A stretch of DNA of 47,143 bases. It comes from Propionibacteriaceae bacterium (lineage in GTDB: Bacteria > Actinomycetota > Actinomycetes > Propionibacteriales > Propionibacteriaceae). The translations under genes and the position numbers were made by a program. The notes beneath the pieces are model-generated. The model was given only the letters and a program-made list of their open reading frames with translations. It was not told the origin of the DNA and did no database searches. Shown here piece by piece: positions 34,503-47,143 of the stretch. The stretch lies in the NCBI GenBank assembly GCA_031272195.1, contig JAISUF010000021.1:1-47143 (forward strand). Direction: 5' to 3'. Every line of letters starts with the position of its first letter. Positions within the stretch are counted from its first letter, which is position 1.

Positions 34503-34972
34503 TGCCGCGCAAGGGCCCCGCTCCCAGACGTCCCGTCATCGCCGACCCCGTTTACGGCTCGCCGTTGGTGTCGCAGCTGGTCTCCAAGATTCTGCTCGAC
34601 GGCAAGAAGACCGTCGCCCAGTCGATCGTCTACGGCGCCTTGGAGGGAACGCGGGAGAAGACCGGCGTCGACCCGCTGCAGACGCTCAAGAAGGCCCTGG
34701 ACAACATCCGTCCGGCCCTCGAGGTGAAGTCGCGGCGCGTCGGCGGCGCCACCTACCAGGTGCCCGTCGAGGTCAAGCCCGCCCGCGCCACCACGCTGGC
34801 CCTGCGCTGGCTGGTCGGCTTTTCCCGCCAGCGTCGCGAGAAGACGATGACGCAGCGGCTGATGAACGAGTTGCTCGACGCCAGCAACGGTTTGGGCGCC
34901 TCGGTGAAGAAGCGCGAGGACACGCACAAGATGGCCGAGGCCAACCGCGCCTTCGCCCACTACCGTTGGTGA
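34502..34972 (+). CDS. rpsG: 30S ribosomal protein S7
   Basis: [32 protein letters not shown]. Confidence 0.98.
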   Translation: MPRKGPAPRRPVIADPVYGSPLVSQLVSKILLDGKKTVAQSIVYGALEGTREKTGVDPLQTLKKALDNIRPALEVKSRRVGGATYQVPVEVKPARATTLALRWLVGFSRQRREKTMTQRLMNELLDASNGLGASVKKREDTHKMAEANRAFAHYRW

Positions 34973-34978
34973 TGCCCC

Positions 34979-37090
<2,112 letters not shown>

Positions 37091-37095
37091 AGTTT

Positions 37096-37123
37096 TTGAT
37101 TCTCGCCCGTCATGAGATAAAGT
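37096..37123 (+). promoter_or_regulatory. Candidate internal tuf promoter
   Basis: TTGATT-N16-TAAAGT in the fusA-tuf spacer. Confidence 0.45.
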
Positions 37124-37222
37124 TTGGACGGTCTGCGCTCGCGCCAGCGCGCGTCAGGCACAACCAAAAGGTAAACCAACCGCCCCGCCAAAAGCGTGGC
37201 GACCATCCGAAAAGGAGCCCAA

Positions 37223-38416
<1,194 letters not shown>

Positions 38417-38445
38417 CCGTCGCGTCAGCGTCAAGCTTCAAAGGG

Positions 38446-38473
38446 AGGGCCCGGTCGTGTGACCGGGCCCTTT
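38446..38473 (+). terminator. Intrinsic terminator of the str operon
   Basis: AGGGCCCGGTC-GTGT-GACCGGGCCCT followed by a short T run. Confidence 0.8.
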
Positions 38474-38596
38474 CGCTGTGTTGTGGGCCGGGCCGCTGGG
38501 CGCGGGACCCGGCTCGCGTCATTGTGCGTCCTGGCGTTGTGATGCGTCAGTCTTCCGACGAGCGCCCAGGCGGCCAGAGGGGGCGGTGAGTCAACT

Positions 38597-38663
38597 GGCG
38601 ACGCCGACCGGCGTTCGCCTGCGAGGACGGTGTTGGGCGACGCGGGGCGGCGTTCGCCTGCGA
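38597..38663. repeat. Two 28-bp palindromic REP-like units
   Basis: GGCGACGC-N4-CGGCGTTCGCCTGCGA at 38597-38624 and 38636-38663. Confidence 0.6.
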
Positions 38664-38687
38664 CGGGCTCGGCGTCGGCCGGAGCGG

Positions 38688-39896
38688 TCAGTCGGTGACG
38701 CCCACCAGGGCGGCCAGCTCGCGGGCGATGTCGCGGGCTGCGTCCGGCTTGGCCAGGGCCAGGCTGGCCTCGGCGGCGGCCTGGAGCGCCGACGGGTCGT
38801 CGAGCCACTTGCGCAAGGTGGCCACCACTTGGTCCGGCTTGGGCGCCCAGACGCCGGCCCCAGCCTGCTCGACGTAGGGGATGTTGCCCTCCTCCTGGCC
38901 GGGCAGCTTGGAGTAGACGATCAGCGGCAGGCCGCTGACGAGGCCCTCGCTGATCGTCACCGCGCCGGCCTTCGTCAACAGGGCGTCGGCCGCCGACATC
39001 ATGGCGGGCAGCTCGGTGGTGAAGCCGTAGATATGGGCCGGGATGCGCCAGTCGATCGCCTCGACGCCGGCTTTCAGCCGCTCGTTGCGCCCGCACACGA
39101 CGACCAGTTGCAGCGGCAGGCGGGCGTCGTTGATGGCCCGCGCCATCTCCTCGACCGGCCCGAAGCCGTCGCCGCCGCCGATCAGCAGGGCGGCGGGCAG
39201 GCTAGGATCCCAGCCGTGCTGTTCGCGCCAGCGGGTCGGATCGTCCAGGTGGCGGGAGAACTTGCCGGAGACCGGCAGCCCGATGACGCGGATGTGGTCG
39301 GCCCGGGCGCCGTACTTGACGCCGAGGCGTGCGGCCTCTTGGGTCGGAACGATGATCAGATCAGTGTCCTCGTGGAACCACATGGCGTGGGCGGTGATGA
39401 TGTCGGTGCACATCGTCACGAACGGGACGCGGCGCCGGCCCATCGCTCGCACCGAGGCGCGGTTGACCAACGGATGGGTGGAGACGACCAGGTCGGAGGG
39501 ATTGTCGGCCATCAGGCGCTTCAACCCGCGTTGAACGTAGAGGTAGCAGAGCGAGACGAGCATACGGGAGACCAGAGCCGAGTTGGCGAGGTTGAACGGC
39601 ACCGCCCAGGACGCCGGATGGGCGGCCAGCTTGCTGAAAATCTCCGGCGCCTTCGAAAATGGCCAGGGGCAGTACTCCCGCAGGTAGTCGACCAACTGGC
39701 AAGAGAACCTGCCGGGATATTCGGCCTCGACGGCTTCGGCGATGGCCGATGCGACGCTGCGATGGGCACCGCCGGTGTCGGAAAAGAGGAACAGCAACCG
39801 CTTGCGGGCCTGGCTTGGGTCGGTCGTGCTCTGGTCAGTCGTGCTCTGGTCAGTCGTGCTCTGGTCAGTCGTGGTCGAGTCGCTCATGGGCTCCAT
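38688..39896 (-). CDS. GT28 MGDG synthase/UgtP-like diacylglycerol glycosyltransferase
   Basis: SDTGGAHRS, STHPL, GGGDG, VCGRNE, TKAG..TISE, PGQEEGN. Confidence 0.88.
   Translation of the reverse strand: MEPMSDSTTTDQSTTDQSTTDQSTTDPSQARKRLLFLFSDTGGAHRSVASAIAEAVEAEYPGRFSCQLVDYLREYCPWPFSKAPEIFSKLAAHPASWAVPFNLANSALVSRMLVSLCYLYVQRGLKRLMADNPSDLVVSTHPLVNRASVRAMGRRRVPFVTMCTDIITAHAMWFHEDTDLIIVPTQEAARLGVKYGARADHIRVIGLPVSGKFSRHLDDPTRWREQHGWDPSLPAALLIGGGDGFGPVEEMARAINDARLPLQLVVVCGRNERLKAGVEAIDWRIPAHIYGFTTELPAMMSAADALLTKAGAVTISEGLVSGLPLIVYSKLPGQEEGNIPYVEQAGAGVWAPKPDQVVATLRKWLDDPSALQAAAEASLALAKPDAARDIARELAALVGVTD
39823..39873. repeat. In-frame 15-bp tandem repeat (about 3.4 copies) encoding TTDQS
   Basis: GTCGTGCTCTGGTCA x3 plus GTCGTG. 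Confidence 0.9.
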
Positions 39897-40118
39897 CTGG
39901 TCGAAGTTGGCGCGACTGCCAGATTACAGCAACCAACCCCGGCGGACCGAATGTCCGGCCCAAGCCGCCCGAGTCCGTGGCGCGCGGGGGCGTCGCGGCT
40001 GCGGTCCCGGCCACGAGGCGACCGGTTTGGCGAGTCCGTGGCGCGGCGGCGTCACGGCCCGGCGCGCGCACTCCGATGTTGCGGTGTTTCGGTGGTGCGA
40101 TCAGCAGAGGTGGACGCG

Positions 40119-40156
40119 AATTGACGCCGGGCGCGCGGCGACGCCCGGCGTCAATT
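40119..40156. terminator. 15-bp perfect hairpin downstream of aqpZ
   Basis: AATTGACGCCGGGCG-N8-CGCCCGGCGTCAATT. Confidence 0.7.
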
Positions 40157-40168
40157 GCGCGGCCTGGG

Positions 40169-40930
40169 TCAGTTCTGCTTGATGACGTAGCGCCACAGGG
40201 CGCCGCCGGCCAAGCCGCCGACCAGCGGCACCAGGATGAACAGCCAAAGCTGCTCCATGGCCCAACCCGAGCCGTTGGCGGCCGCGTAGACGGCGGCGGC
40301 CAGGGAGCGGGCCGGGTTGACCGACGTGTTGTCGATCGGGATGGAGATCAGGTGGATCAGCGTCAGCGTCAAGCCGATGGCCAGGCCGGCCAGCGCGCCG
40401 TTGGCGATCTTGGCCGTCGCCCCGCAGATGACGATGACGAAGACCGCCGTCAAGACGAACTCGGCGATGATCGCCGCGCCCACGCCGAAGCCCTGCGGCG
40501 AGTGGTCGCCGTAGCCGTTCGAGGCGAAGCCGCCCGCCCCGGCGGTGGCCAAAGCGCCCGCCGGGCCCAGAGCCAAGATGGCGGCGATGATCGACGAGCC
40601 GACGAGGCCGCCGACGAACTGGGCGATCAGATAGCCCGGCGCCTTGTTCCACGGGAAGCGCCCGGCCATGGCCAGGCCGAAGGTGACAGCCGGGTTGAAA
40701 TGGCCGCCCGATACCGGGCCGAAGGCGTAGGCCCCCGTCAAGACCGTCAGGCCGAAGGCCAGCGCCACGCCCAGCCAGCCGACGCCGACGTTCTCCACGC
40801 CGGCGGCGAAGATGGCCGTGCCGCAGCCGCCCAGCACCAGCCACATGGTGCCGAGGCCCTCGGCGACCAGCCGCTCGAGCTGGCCGGGCGCTTTGACCGC
40901 CGGGTTGTTGCTCTTTGCCGGATTGCTCAT
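40169..40930 (-). CDS. aqpZ: Aquaporin Z
   Basis: SGGHFNPAVT and NTSVNPARS, GGFASNGYGDHSP, LTLIHLISIP. Confidence 0.94.
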   Translation of the reverse strand: MSNPAKSNNPAVKAPGQLERLVAEGLGTMWLVLGGCGTAIFAAGVENVGVGWLGVALAFGLTVLTGAYAFGPVSGGHFNPAVTFGLAMAGRFPWNKAPGYLIAQFVGGLVGSSIIAAILALGPAGALATAGAGGFASNGYGDHSPQGFGVGAAIIAEFVLTAVFVIVICGATAKIANGALAGLAIGLTLTLIHLISIPIDNTSVNPARSLAAAVYAAANGSGWAMEQLWLFILVPLVGGLAGGALWRYVIKQN

Positions 40931-41193
40931 AAATTGCTCCTCAAGATCGGATTATCCAAGATTGACGCGGGGGATGGCCCCCGCTTCAGCCTAGTGGGTT
41001 GGAAGCGGTTTCGGAGGGATATTCGAGACGCGCTGGCGCAGGCGCGTCGTTGGCGCGGTGGAATGCGTCGGCGCAGTTGTGTTGGCGCCGTCGCCGCCAT
41101 CCGGTTTTCCCAAGACGGGCCGGGAAGTGTGCGTCGGCCGGGGTCTGCGGCTATCGTTGAATTCAGCCGGAGCTGCGAGGAGGAACTGGGGCC

Positions 41194-41640
41194 ATGCGAG
41201 TGAAAGCTGTCGCAGTGTTGCGCGCCGTTGTGGCATGGCTGGTGGCGTTGGGGGTCCTAGCCGTGTTGGTGCTGGCGTTTTCGCAGCCGTCGGCGAATAT
41301 GACAGTCGGCTTGGTCGCCGTTTGCCTGTTGTGCGGATTCGTCTCAGGATGGGTGCGCAAGGGCGGAATGACGGTCTTCGGCCTGCTCTACTGGGTTGGC
41401 GCGGCGATGATCGCGGGCGTCGGTTGGGCGTTTCCCGGGCTGGCCGATTTCATGGACGCGCCGTTCCGATTGTATTTCATACCGCTGGCCGTCTTCACCG
41501 GCTCGTCGGTTGACGAAGCCGTCTTGCGGGCCGACGTGGTGTTCGCCGCAGCGGTCATCGCGGCCACCGTGGCGGTGCATTTCGTGGCACGATTGGCTCT
41601 TGGGCGCCGGTTCGGCGCTTTAGAACAGGAGGCGGCGTGA
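41194..41640 (+). CDS. Hypothetical membrane protein
   Basis: 148 aa, 4-5 hydrophobic segments, SD GAGGAGG. Confidence 0.65.
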   Translation: MRVKAVAVLRAVVAWLVALGVLAVLVLAFSQPSANMTVGLVAVCLLCGFVSGWVRKGGMTVFGLLYWVGAAMIAGVGWAFPGLADFMDAPFRLYFIPLAVFTGSSVDEAVLRADVVFAAAVIAATVAVHFVARLALGRRFGALEQEAA

Positions 41641-41819
41641 GCTTCACGGAGATTTTCAGCCCCGGCGAGCGGTTCTGGCGCGAACAGCGCCAAAGCGAGG
41701 ACGACCACCGCGAGATCGTGCCCGCCCCAGGCCCCGGACCCAACGACTCGGTGGTCGACTTGGCCCGTGGCACCGCCGTCATCAAGCCACGGGTGGACCC
41801 GTCCACACCGGCCGAGTGA
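41637..41819 (+). CDS. Small actinobacterial protein, DUF6191-like
   Basis: GTGA overlap, SD AGGAGG; EIFSPG...PGP..VDLARGTAVI pattern recalled for this family. Confidence 0.7.
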   Translation: MSFTEIFSPGERFWREQRQSEDDHREIVPAPGPGPNDSVVDLARGTAVIKPRVDPSTPAE

Positions 41820-41925
41820 GCATCGATGGCAGGCGGCGGTCCTGGCCGGGCGCGAACTCGGACCGGCGTGGTCGCGACCACCCGCGAGGCGCCGCCGACG
41901 ACTGCGGGCGTGCGACAATCTGAGC

Positions 41926-42837
41926 ATGGCTAGGCTTTGCATCTTTGGCCTGGGGGCGCTCGGGGCGGCCCACTTGGCGACCATCCTGGACCGCGACCCG
42001 GACGCCGACCTCGGCGTCATCGCCAGCGGCCGTCGGGCCGAGCGGCTGCGCGACGAGGGAGTCTGGGCCAACGGGACCCACTACATGGTCGATGTCGTCG
42101 AACCGGGCCAAACGCCTCCCGAACTGATCATCGTGTCGGTCAAGACGACGGCGTTGGAGGACTCGCTGGCCGACCTGGCCGGATTCGTCGGACCGGGCAC
42201 GGCCCTGCTGTCGCTGTTGAACGGCGTCTCCAGCGAGCAGACCTTGCGGGCGGCCTTCCCCGAGGCCTACGTCCCCCTGGCCTACTCTGTGCGCAGCAAC
42301 GCCGGACGCGACGAGTGCGGCTTCCGCTTCTACAGCCCCGGCGTGGACGTTTTCGGCGAGCCGGGGGGCCGGGTGACGCCGGCGATCAGGCGGATCGACG
42401 AGCTGCTGGGCGAATACGGCGTGGCGCACGAGGTCAGCGCCGACATCGAGGCCGGGCAGTGGCAGAAATTCGTGCTCAACGTCGGCGTCAACCAGGCCTC
42501 GGCCCTGTTGCGGGCCAGCTACGCCGTCTTCCAGCGCCCCGGCGGGCAGGCGCGGGAGCTGATGGTGTCGCTGCAGCGCGAGGCCCTGGCCGTCGCCCAG
42601 GCGCGCGGCGTCGGTTTGACGCCGGCCGATCTTGACGAGGTGCTGGCCATCATCGACGCGCTGGCCCCGGCCGGGCACACCTCGATGTCGCAGGACGCCA
42701 TGGCCCGCCGCCCGATGGAGATCGAGGCCTTCGGCGGGGAGGTGCTGCGGCTGGGCCGCCAGCACGGCGTGCCGACGCCGGTCAACGAGACCGCCGTGCG
42801 GGCCCTGCGCGGGCTGGAGGAGTCCTGGGCGGTGTGA
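41926..42837 (+). CDS. panE: Ketopantoate reductase family protein
   Basis: FGLGALG, IVSVK, LLNGVSSE, QWQKFVLN, TSMSQD..RPMEIE. Confidence 0.85.
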   Translation: MARLCIFGLGALGAAHLATILDRDPDADLGVIASGRRAERLRDEGVWANGTHYMVDVVEPGQTPPELIIVSVKTTALEDSLADLAGFVGPGTALLSLLNGVSSEQTLRAAFPEAYVPLAYSVRSNAGRDECGFRFYSPGVDVFGEPGGRVTPAIRRIDELLGEYGVAHEVSADIEAGQWQKFVLNVGVNQASALLRASYAVFQRPGGQARELMVSLQREALAVAQARGVGLTPADLDEVLAIIDALAPAGHTSMSQDAMARRPMEIEAFGGEVLRLGRQHGVPTPVNETAVRALRGLEESWAV

Positions 42838-42840
42838 CGC

Positions 42841-43638
42841 TCAGCGCCGCTCCAGCGTCCAGACGGTCACATCGACATGGTCTTCCACGGCGAGCGTGTT
42901 GGCCGGCGGGTGGTGGAAGGCGTTGGGACCCATCGCGATCAAGTCCGCGACTTGGGCCCGCGAGAGCGGCACGGCGTAGCGAACAGCCACCGCATCGACC
43001 AATTCGAACGGCGGCCGCTCCAGTGCCGCGCCTTTGTCGGCGGGTATGGCGAGCAAGGCGTGGGCCGATCTGACGGCGGCCAGGTGGCCGGGGTTCGGCG
43101 TCACCGCGATCAGGCGCCCGCCCGGACGCAGGACGCGGGCGAACTCGGCTAAGTTACGCGGCGCGAAGACGCACAGCACCGCGTCGAAACCGGCGTCGGC
43201 CAGCGGCAGGGTTTTCCAAACGTCCGCCACCACGGCCGCCACGCGGGGGCGTTTGGCCGCCACGCGGGCGGCTGCGGTGGAGACGTCCAGCGCCAGGCCC
43301 TTCCTCGCGTCCAGGCCGACTCCGGCGTCCAGGCAGCGGGCCAGGTAGTGGGCGGTGCCGGCCCCGGCCTCCAAGATGGTCCGGGCGCCTGACACGGCCG
43401 CCGCGACGGCGTCGGCCACTGGGTCGAACAGCCCGGCGTCGTGGACGCGCCCGCGGGCGGCCAGCATGGCCCAGGTGTCGGCGTTCTTGGGCTGGGGGCC
43501 GTTGAGCAGATTGAGATAGCCCTGGCGGGCGATGTCGAAGCTGTGGCGGCGCGGGCAGGCGGCGCGCCCGGGCTCGAAGGCCAAGACGGACCCGCACACG
43601 GGGCACGTCAGCGCTCCCGCGAATTGGCCGATTCCCAC
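42841..43638 (-). CDS. RlmA-like SAM-dependent RNA methyltransferase with N-terminal zinc finger
   Basis: CPVC..CPRRHSFDIARQGYLNL, EAGAGTAHY, FAPRN..EFARVL. Confidence 0.87.
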   Translation of the reverse strand: MGIGQFAGALTCPVCGSVLAFEPGRAACPRRHSFDIARQGYLNLLNGPQPKNADTWAMLAARGRVHDAGLFDPVADAVAAAVSGARTILEAGAGTAHYLARCLDAGVGLDARKGLALDVSTAAARVAAKRPRVAAVVADVWKTLPLADAGFDAVLCVFAPRNLAEFARVLRPGGRLIAVTPNPGHLAAVRSAHALLAIPADKGAALERPPFELVDAVAVRYAVPLSRAQVADLIAMGPNAFHHPPANTLAVEDHVDVTVWTLERR

Positions 43639-43728
43639 AACGCGATCCTAACCTCCACAACTCGCTTGCGGTGATCTTTGTGGGGTGCCGACCAAAGCGG
43701 TCGGCGGTCGGCCCGCTAGGCTGAGACG

Positions 43729-44436
43729 GTGAGCCAACGCAGCGTGATAGTCACCGGCGGGAATCGCGGCATCGGCCGGGCCGTCGTCGAGCGATTCCTG
43801 GCCGAGGGCCACAAAGTGGCCGCCCTGTCGCGCGGCGGCGACGCGCCCGACGGGGCGCTCGGCGTCGTCTGCGACGTGGCCGACGCCGCCAGCGTCGAAG
43901 CCGCCTTCTCCCAGGTCGAGGCGGTCCACGGGCCGGTCGGCATCGCCGTCGCCAACGCCGGCGTCACCCAAGACACCTTGCTGCTGCGGATGTCCGAGGA
44001 GGATTGGCGGGCGGTCGTCGACGTCAATGTGACGGGGGCGTTCCACGTCGCCAAGCGGGCCGTCAAGAGCATGCTGAGGGCCAAGTGGGGACGCCTCGTC
44101 TTCACCGGCTCGGTCGTCGGCCTGTACGGGTCGGCCGGTCAGGCCAACTATTGCGCCAGCAAGGCGGCCCTGGTCGGCCTGGCCCGCTCGATCACCCGCG
44201 AAGTCGGGGCCCGCGGCATCACCGCCAACGTCGTCGCGCCCGGCTTCATCGAAACCGACATGACGGCCAAGCTGGACGAGGCGACCCAGGCCAAGTACCG
44301 GGCGGCCATTCCGGCGGCCCGGCTCGGTCTGGCCGACGAGGTGGCGGCGGCCGTCGCCTACCTGTGCTGTGACGAGGCCGGCTACGTGTCGGGGGCCGTC
44401 CTGCCCGTCGACGGCGGGCTCGGGATGGGCCACTAG
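43729..44436 (+). CDS. fabG: 3-oxoacyl-ACP reductase
   Basis: TGGNRGIG, NAG, NYCASK, NVVAPGFI; upstream of fabI. Confidence 0.92.
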   Translation: MSQRSVIVTGGNRGIGRAVVERFLAEGHKVAALSRGGDAPDGALGVVCDVADAASVEAAFSQVEAVHGPVGIAVANAGVTQDTLLLRMSEEDWRAVVDVNVTGAFHVAKRAVKSMLRAKWGRLVFTGSVVGLYGSAGQANYCASKAALVGLARSITREVGARGITANVVAPGFIETDMTAKLDEATQAKYRAAIPAARLGLADEVAAAVAYLCCDEAGYVSGAVLPVDGGLGMGH

Positions 44437-44535
44437 CGGCACGGCTCGGGCGTTGGGCGGGCATCCCGGGCCCGGCGACTGCCCGTCCGGCCGCTGGCAG
44501 CGGCGTCGCAACAACACCTACAACGAGGAGCGAAA

Positions 44536-45306
44536 ATGGGAATACTCGAGGGCAAGAGCGTCTTGGTGGCCGGGGTGACGATGAACACCTCGATCGGCTA
44601 CCGCGTGGCCGAACTGGCCCAGGCCGAGGGCGCCAAAGTGGTGGTGTCCAACTTCGGGCGGGCGATGAGCCTGACGGCGCGGGTGTTGAAACGGCTCGAC
44701 CCGCAACCGCCGCTGCTCGAACTCGACGTCACCAACGACGAGCACCTGGCCACCCTCGCCGACCGCCTGCGCGAGCACGTTGACCGGCTCGACGGCGTGG
44801 TCCACTCGATCGCCTACGCCAACCCGGAGCGGGCGCTCGGGGGCGCCTTCCTCGGCACCCAATGGGAGGACGTCGGCGCGTCCCTGCAGACCTCCGCCTA
44901 CTCCCTGGCCAGCCTGACCACGGCCTGCCAGCCACTGTTCGGCGGCGCCGCCAGCGTCGTCGGCTTGACGTTCGACGCGCGGCAGTCGTGGCCCGCCTAC
45001 GACTGGATGGGCGTCTCCAAAGCCGCCCTGGAGAGCGTCTCGCGCTACCTGGCCCGCTATCTCGGGCCGCGGGGCGTGCGCTGCAACCTGGTGGCGGCCG
45101 GGCCGCTGGACACCATCGCCAAGAAGGCCATACCGGGCGCCGAGAAGTTCAACGACGTGTGGGGCGAGCGGGCCCCGCTGGGTTGGGACCCGTCCGACAC
45201 TACGCCGGCCGCCAAAGCCGTCGTCGCCCTGCTCAGCGACTGGTTCCCGGCCACCACCGGCGAGATGGTCCACGTCGACGGCGGCCTCCACTCGACCGGG
45301 GCTTGA
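44536..45306 (+). CDS. fabI: Enoyl-ACP reductase (InhA/FabI)
   Basis: DGVVHSI, GLTFDA..PAYDWMGVSKAALES, NLVAAGP, TGEMVHVDGG. Confidence 0.93.
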   Translation: MGILEGKSVLVAGVTMNTSIGYRVAELAQAEGAKVVVSNFGRAMSLTARVLKRLDPQPPLLELDVTNDEHLATLADRLREHVDRLDGVVHSIAYANPERALGGAFLGTQWEDVGASLQTSAYSLASLTTACQPLFGGAASVVGLTFDARQSWPAYDWMGVSKAALESVSRYLARYLGPRGVRCNLVAAGPLDTIAKKAIPGAEKFNDVWGERAPLGWDPSDTTPAAKAVVALLSDWFPATTGEMVHVDGGLHSTGA

Positions 45307-45420
45307 CCGCCCGCCCGACTGGTCGGCCTGGGCGCTCGAAGGGGCGCGGACAAGGCCTGCGGGCACAGGTGCTTAGGCGCGGTGCCGGGGCGGGCGGGAA
45401 TGTTGAGGTAGGTTTGAGGC

Positions 45421-46251
45421 ATGTCCGTGGTTGAGCTTGCCGGTGTGTCGATCATCAGAGGGGAAGCCACCCTCCTTGACAAGGTCAATTGGACCATCCA
45501 AGACAACGACCGCTGGGTCGTCATCGGTCCGAACGGCGCGGGCAAGACCACTTTGCTGCAGATCCTCAGCGCCCAATGGCACCCCTCGCACGGCCGCGCC
45601 ACGCTCCTGGGGAAGACGCTCGGCCGGGTGGACGTCTTCGAGCTGCGGCCGCGCATCGGCGTCGCCTCGGCGGCGATGGCCGACCGCATCCCGCGCTCGG
45701 AGGCGGTCAGCGACGTGGTGGTGTCGGCCGCCTACGCCGTCACCGGACGCTGGCGCGAGGTGTACGAGGAAGTCGACCACACCAGGGCCAGGAAGCTGAT
45801 GGAGATGCTGCGCGTCGACCAGTTGGCCGACCGCACCTTCGGCACGCTGAGCGAGGGCGAGCGCAAGCGCGTCCAGATCGCCCGGGCGCTGATGCCCGAC
45901 CCCGAGCTGCTGCTGCTGGACGAGCCCGCCGCCGGCCTCGACCTGGCCGGCCGGGAGGCCCTCGTCGGCACGCTGGGCGAGATCGCCCAAGACCCCAACG
46001 CGCCGGCGATGGTGCTGGTGACCCACCACGTCGAGGAGATCCCGCCGGGCTTCACCCATTGCCTGATGCTGCGCGAGGGCCGGGTCGTCGCCGCCGGGCC
46101 GCTGGCCGACGCGCTGAACTCCGACAACCTGTCCGACGCCTTCGACATGGACTTGCAGGTTTCCCGCGAGGGCGGACGCTGGTCGGCCAGGGCCGTCCTG
46201 CCCAAACACGCCTCGGCCGGCCTGGGCAACATCCGCTTCGGAGAACGCTAG
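45421..46251 (+). CDS. ABC transporter ATP-binding protein
   Basis: GPNGAGKTT, LSEGERKR, LLDEP, VTHHVEEI. Confidence 0.92.
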   Translation: MSVVELAGVSIIRGEATLLDKVNWTIQDNDRWVVIGPNGAGKTTLLQILSAQWHPSHGRATLLGKTLGRVDVFELRPRIGVASAAMADRIPRSEAVSDVVVSAAYAVTGRWREVYEEVDHTRARKLMEMLRVDQLADRTFGTLSEGERKRVQIARALMPDPELLLLDEPAAGLDLAGREALVGTLGEIAQDPNAPAMVLVTHHVEEIPPGFTHCLMLREGRVVAAGPLADALNSDNLSDAFDMDLQVSREGGRWSARAVLPKHASAGLGNIRFGER

Positions 46252-46254
46252 CCG

Positions 46255-47067
46255 GTGGCGCGCTTCGTCGCCGTGGCAGACCCCGCCGACCCGGCCGTCG
46301 GCGACTACGTCGCCTTGCGGGATTCAAGCCTGCGCAAGTCCCTGGAGGCGAGCGAGGGCCTGTTCATCGCCGAGGGGGCCAAGGTGATACGCCGGGCCGT
46401 CGAGGCCGGCTACCGCCCCCGGTCGTTCCTGCTGGCCGAGCGCTGGGTCGACGGACTGCGCGACCTGTTGGACGCCTTCGACGGGCCGGTCTACCTGGTC
46501 GACGAGGCGATGGCCGAGCAGCTCACCGGCTTCCACGTCCATCGCGGGGCGCTGGCCTCGCTCCACCGGGTCGTCCGCCACAGCGTCGCCGACGTCTTGG
46601 CCGGGCGTCGGATTCTGGTGGCCGAGGACATCGTCGACCACAGCAACGTCGGGGCGATCATCCGCAACGCCGCCGGGCTGGGCTGGGACGGGCTGCTGAT
46701 CAGCCCGCGCTGCGCCGATCCGCTGTATCGGCGGGCCGTCAAAGTTTCGATGGGCGCGGTGTTCGCCCTGCCGTGGGCGCGATTGGACGACTGGGGGAGC
46801 GCCGTCGCCGACTAGAAGGCGGCCGGTTTCGTGGTGGCGGCCCTGGCGCTGCGCCCTGACGCGGTGCCGTTGGCGGACTTCGCGCGGCGGGCCGAGGGGA
46901 TTGATAAGCTGGCTGTGCTTTTGGGCACCGAGGGGGCCGGGTTGTCACAGCGCTGGGTCGAGCAGGCCGACGCTTTGGTCGAGATCCCTATGCGGGCAGG
47001 CGTCGATTCGCTCAACGTGGCGGCCGCCAGCGCCATCGCCTGCTACTCGCTGGCCGAACAGCGCTGA
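46255..47067 (+). pseudogene. TrmH/SpoU family RNA methyltransferase interrupted by an in-frame TAG at 46813-46815
   Basis: N-part has FIAEG, DHSNVGAIIRNA, RRAVKVSMG; the same frame resumes with LGTEGAGLS and IPM..VDSLNVAAA (SPOUT knot). Confidence 0.85.
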
Positions 47068-47094
47068 GCATCCCCCCGTGGAAAGGCGAAGACA

Positions 47095-47143
47095 ATGAAC
47101 GAAGACGATCTCGACCCCCGTCTGGCCGAACCCGACACCCCGC
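47095..47143 (+). CDS. 5' fragment of next gene (MNEDDLDPRLAEPDTP...)
   Basis: ATG after GAAAGG; open to the window edge. Confidence 0.5.
   Translation, partial: MNEDDLDPRLAEPDTP

Noticed and set aside
46813-46815. Genome-wide TAG reassignment or pyrrolysine
   Set aside because: TAG terminates fusA, tuf, argG, hsp20 and fabG at expected positions; no pyl genes seen

Overview
High-GC actinobacterial chromosome segment, most likely Propionibacteriaceae (inferred from the phoH-ybeY-CBS-era...leuA order, EF-Tu [12 protein letters not shown] and many leaderless genes). It is mostly housekeeping and metabolic: phoH/ybeY/era, leuA, argG, hsp20, uppS, corA, two GH13 enzymes, a tryptophanase-family lyase, a partial myo-inositol cluster, the str operon (rpsL-rpsG-fusA-tuf), aqpZ, fabG/fabI and two tRNAs (Gly-TCC, Ser-GGA). 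No CRISPR array, integrase, transposase or large novel gene system is supported. The notable signals are small-scale: a structured 61-bp tRNA-linked repeat plus an IS3-like mini-element and a PemK toxin-antitoxin islet behind tRNA-Ser; a (CA)5 tract frameshifting a putative secreted-protein gene at the left edge; a Leu4 leader/LEU element before leuA; a candidate corA leader; dual HAIR+CIRCE control of hsp20; a 15-bp duplicated promoter/start shared by the acyltransferase gene and argG; and a single in-frame TAG in a TrmH-family gene. All product calls come from reading motifs by eye; no searches were run.
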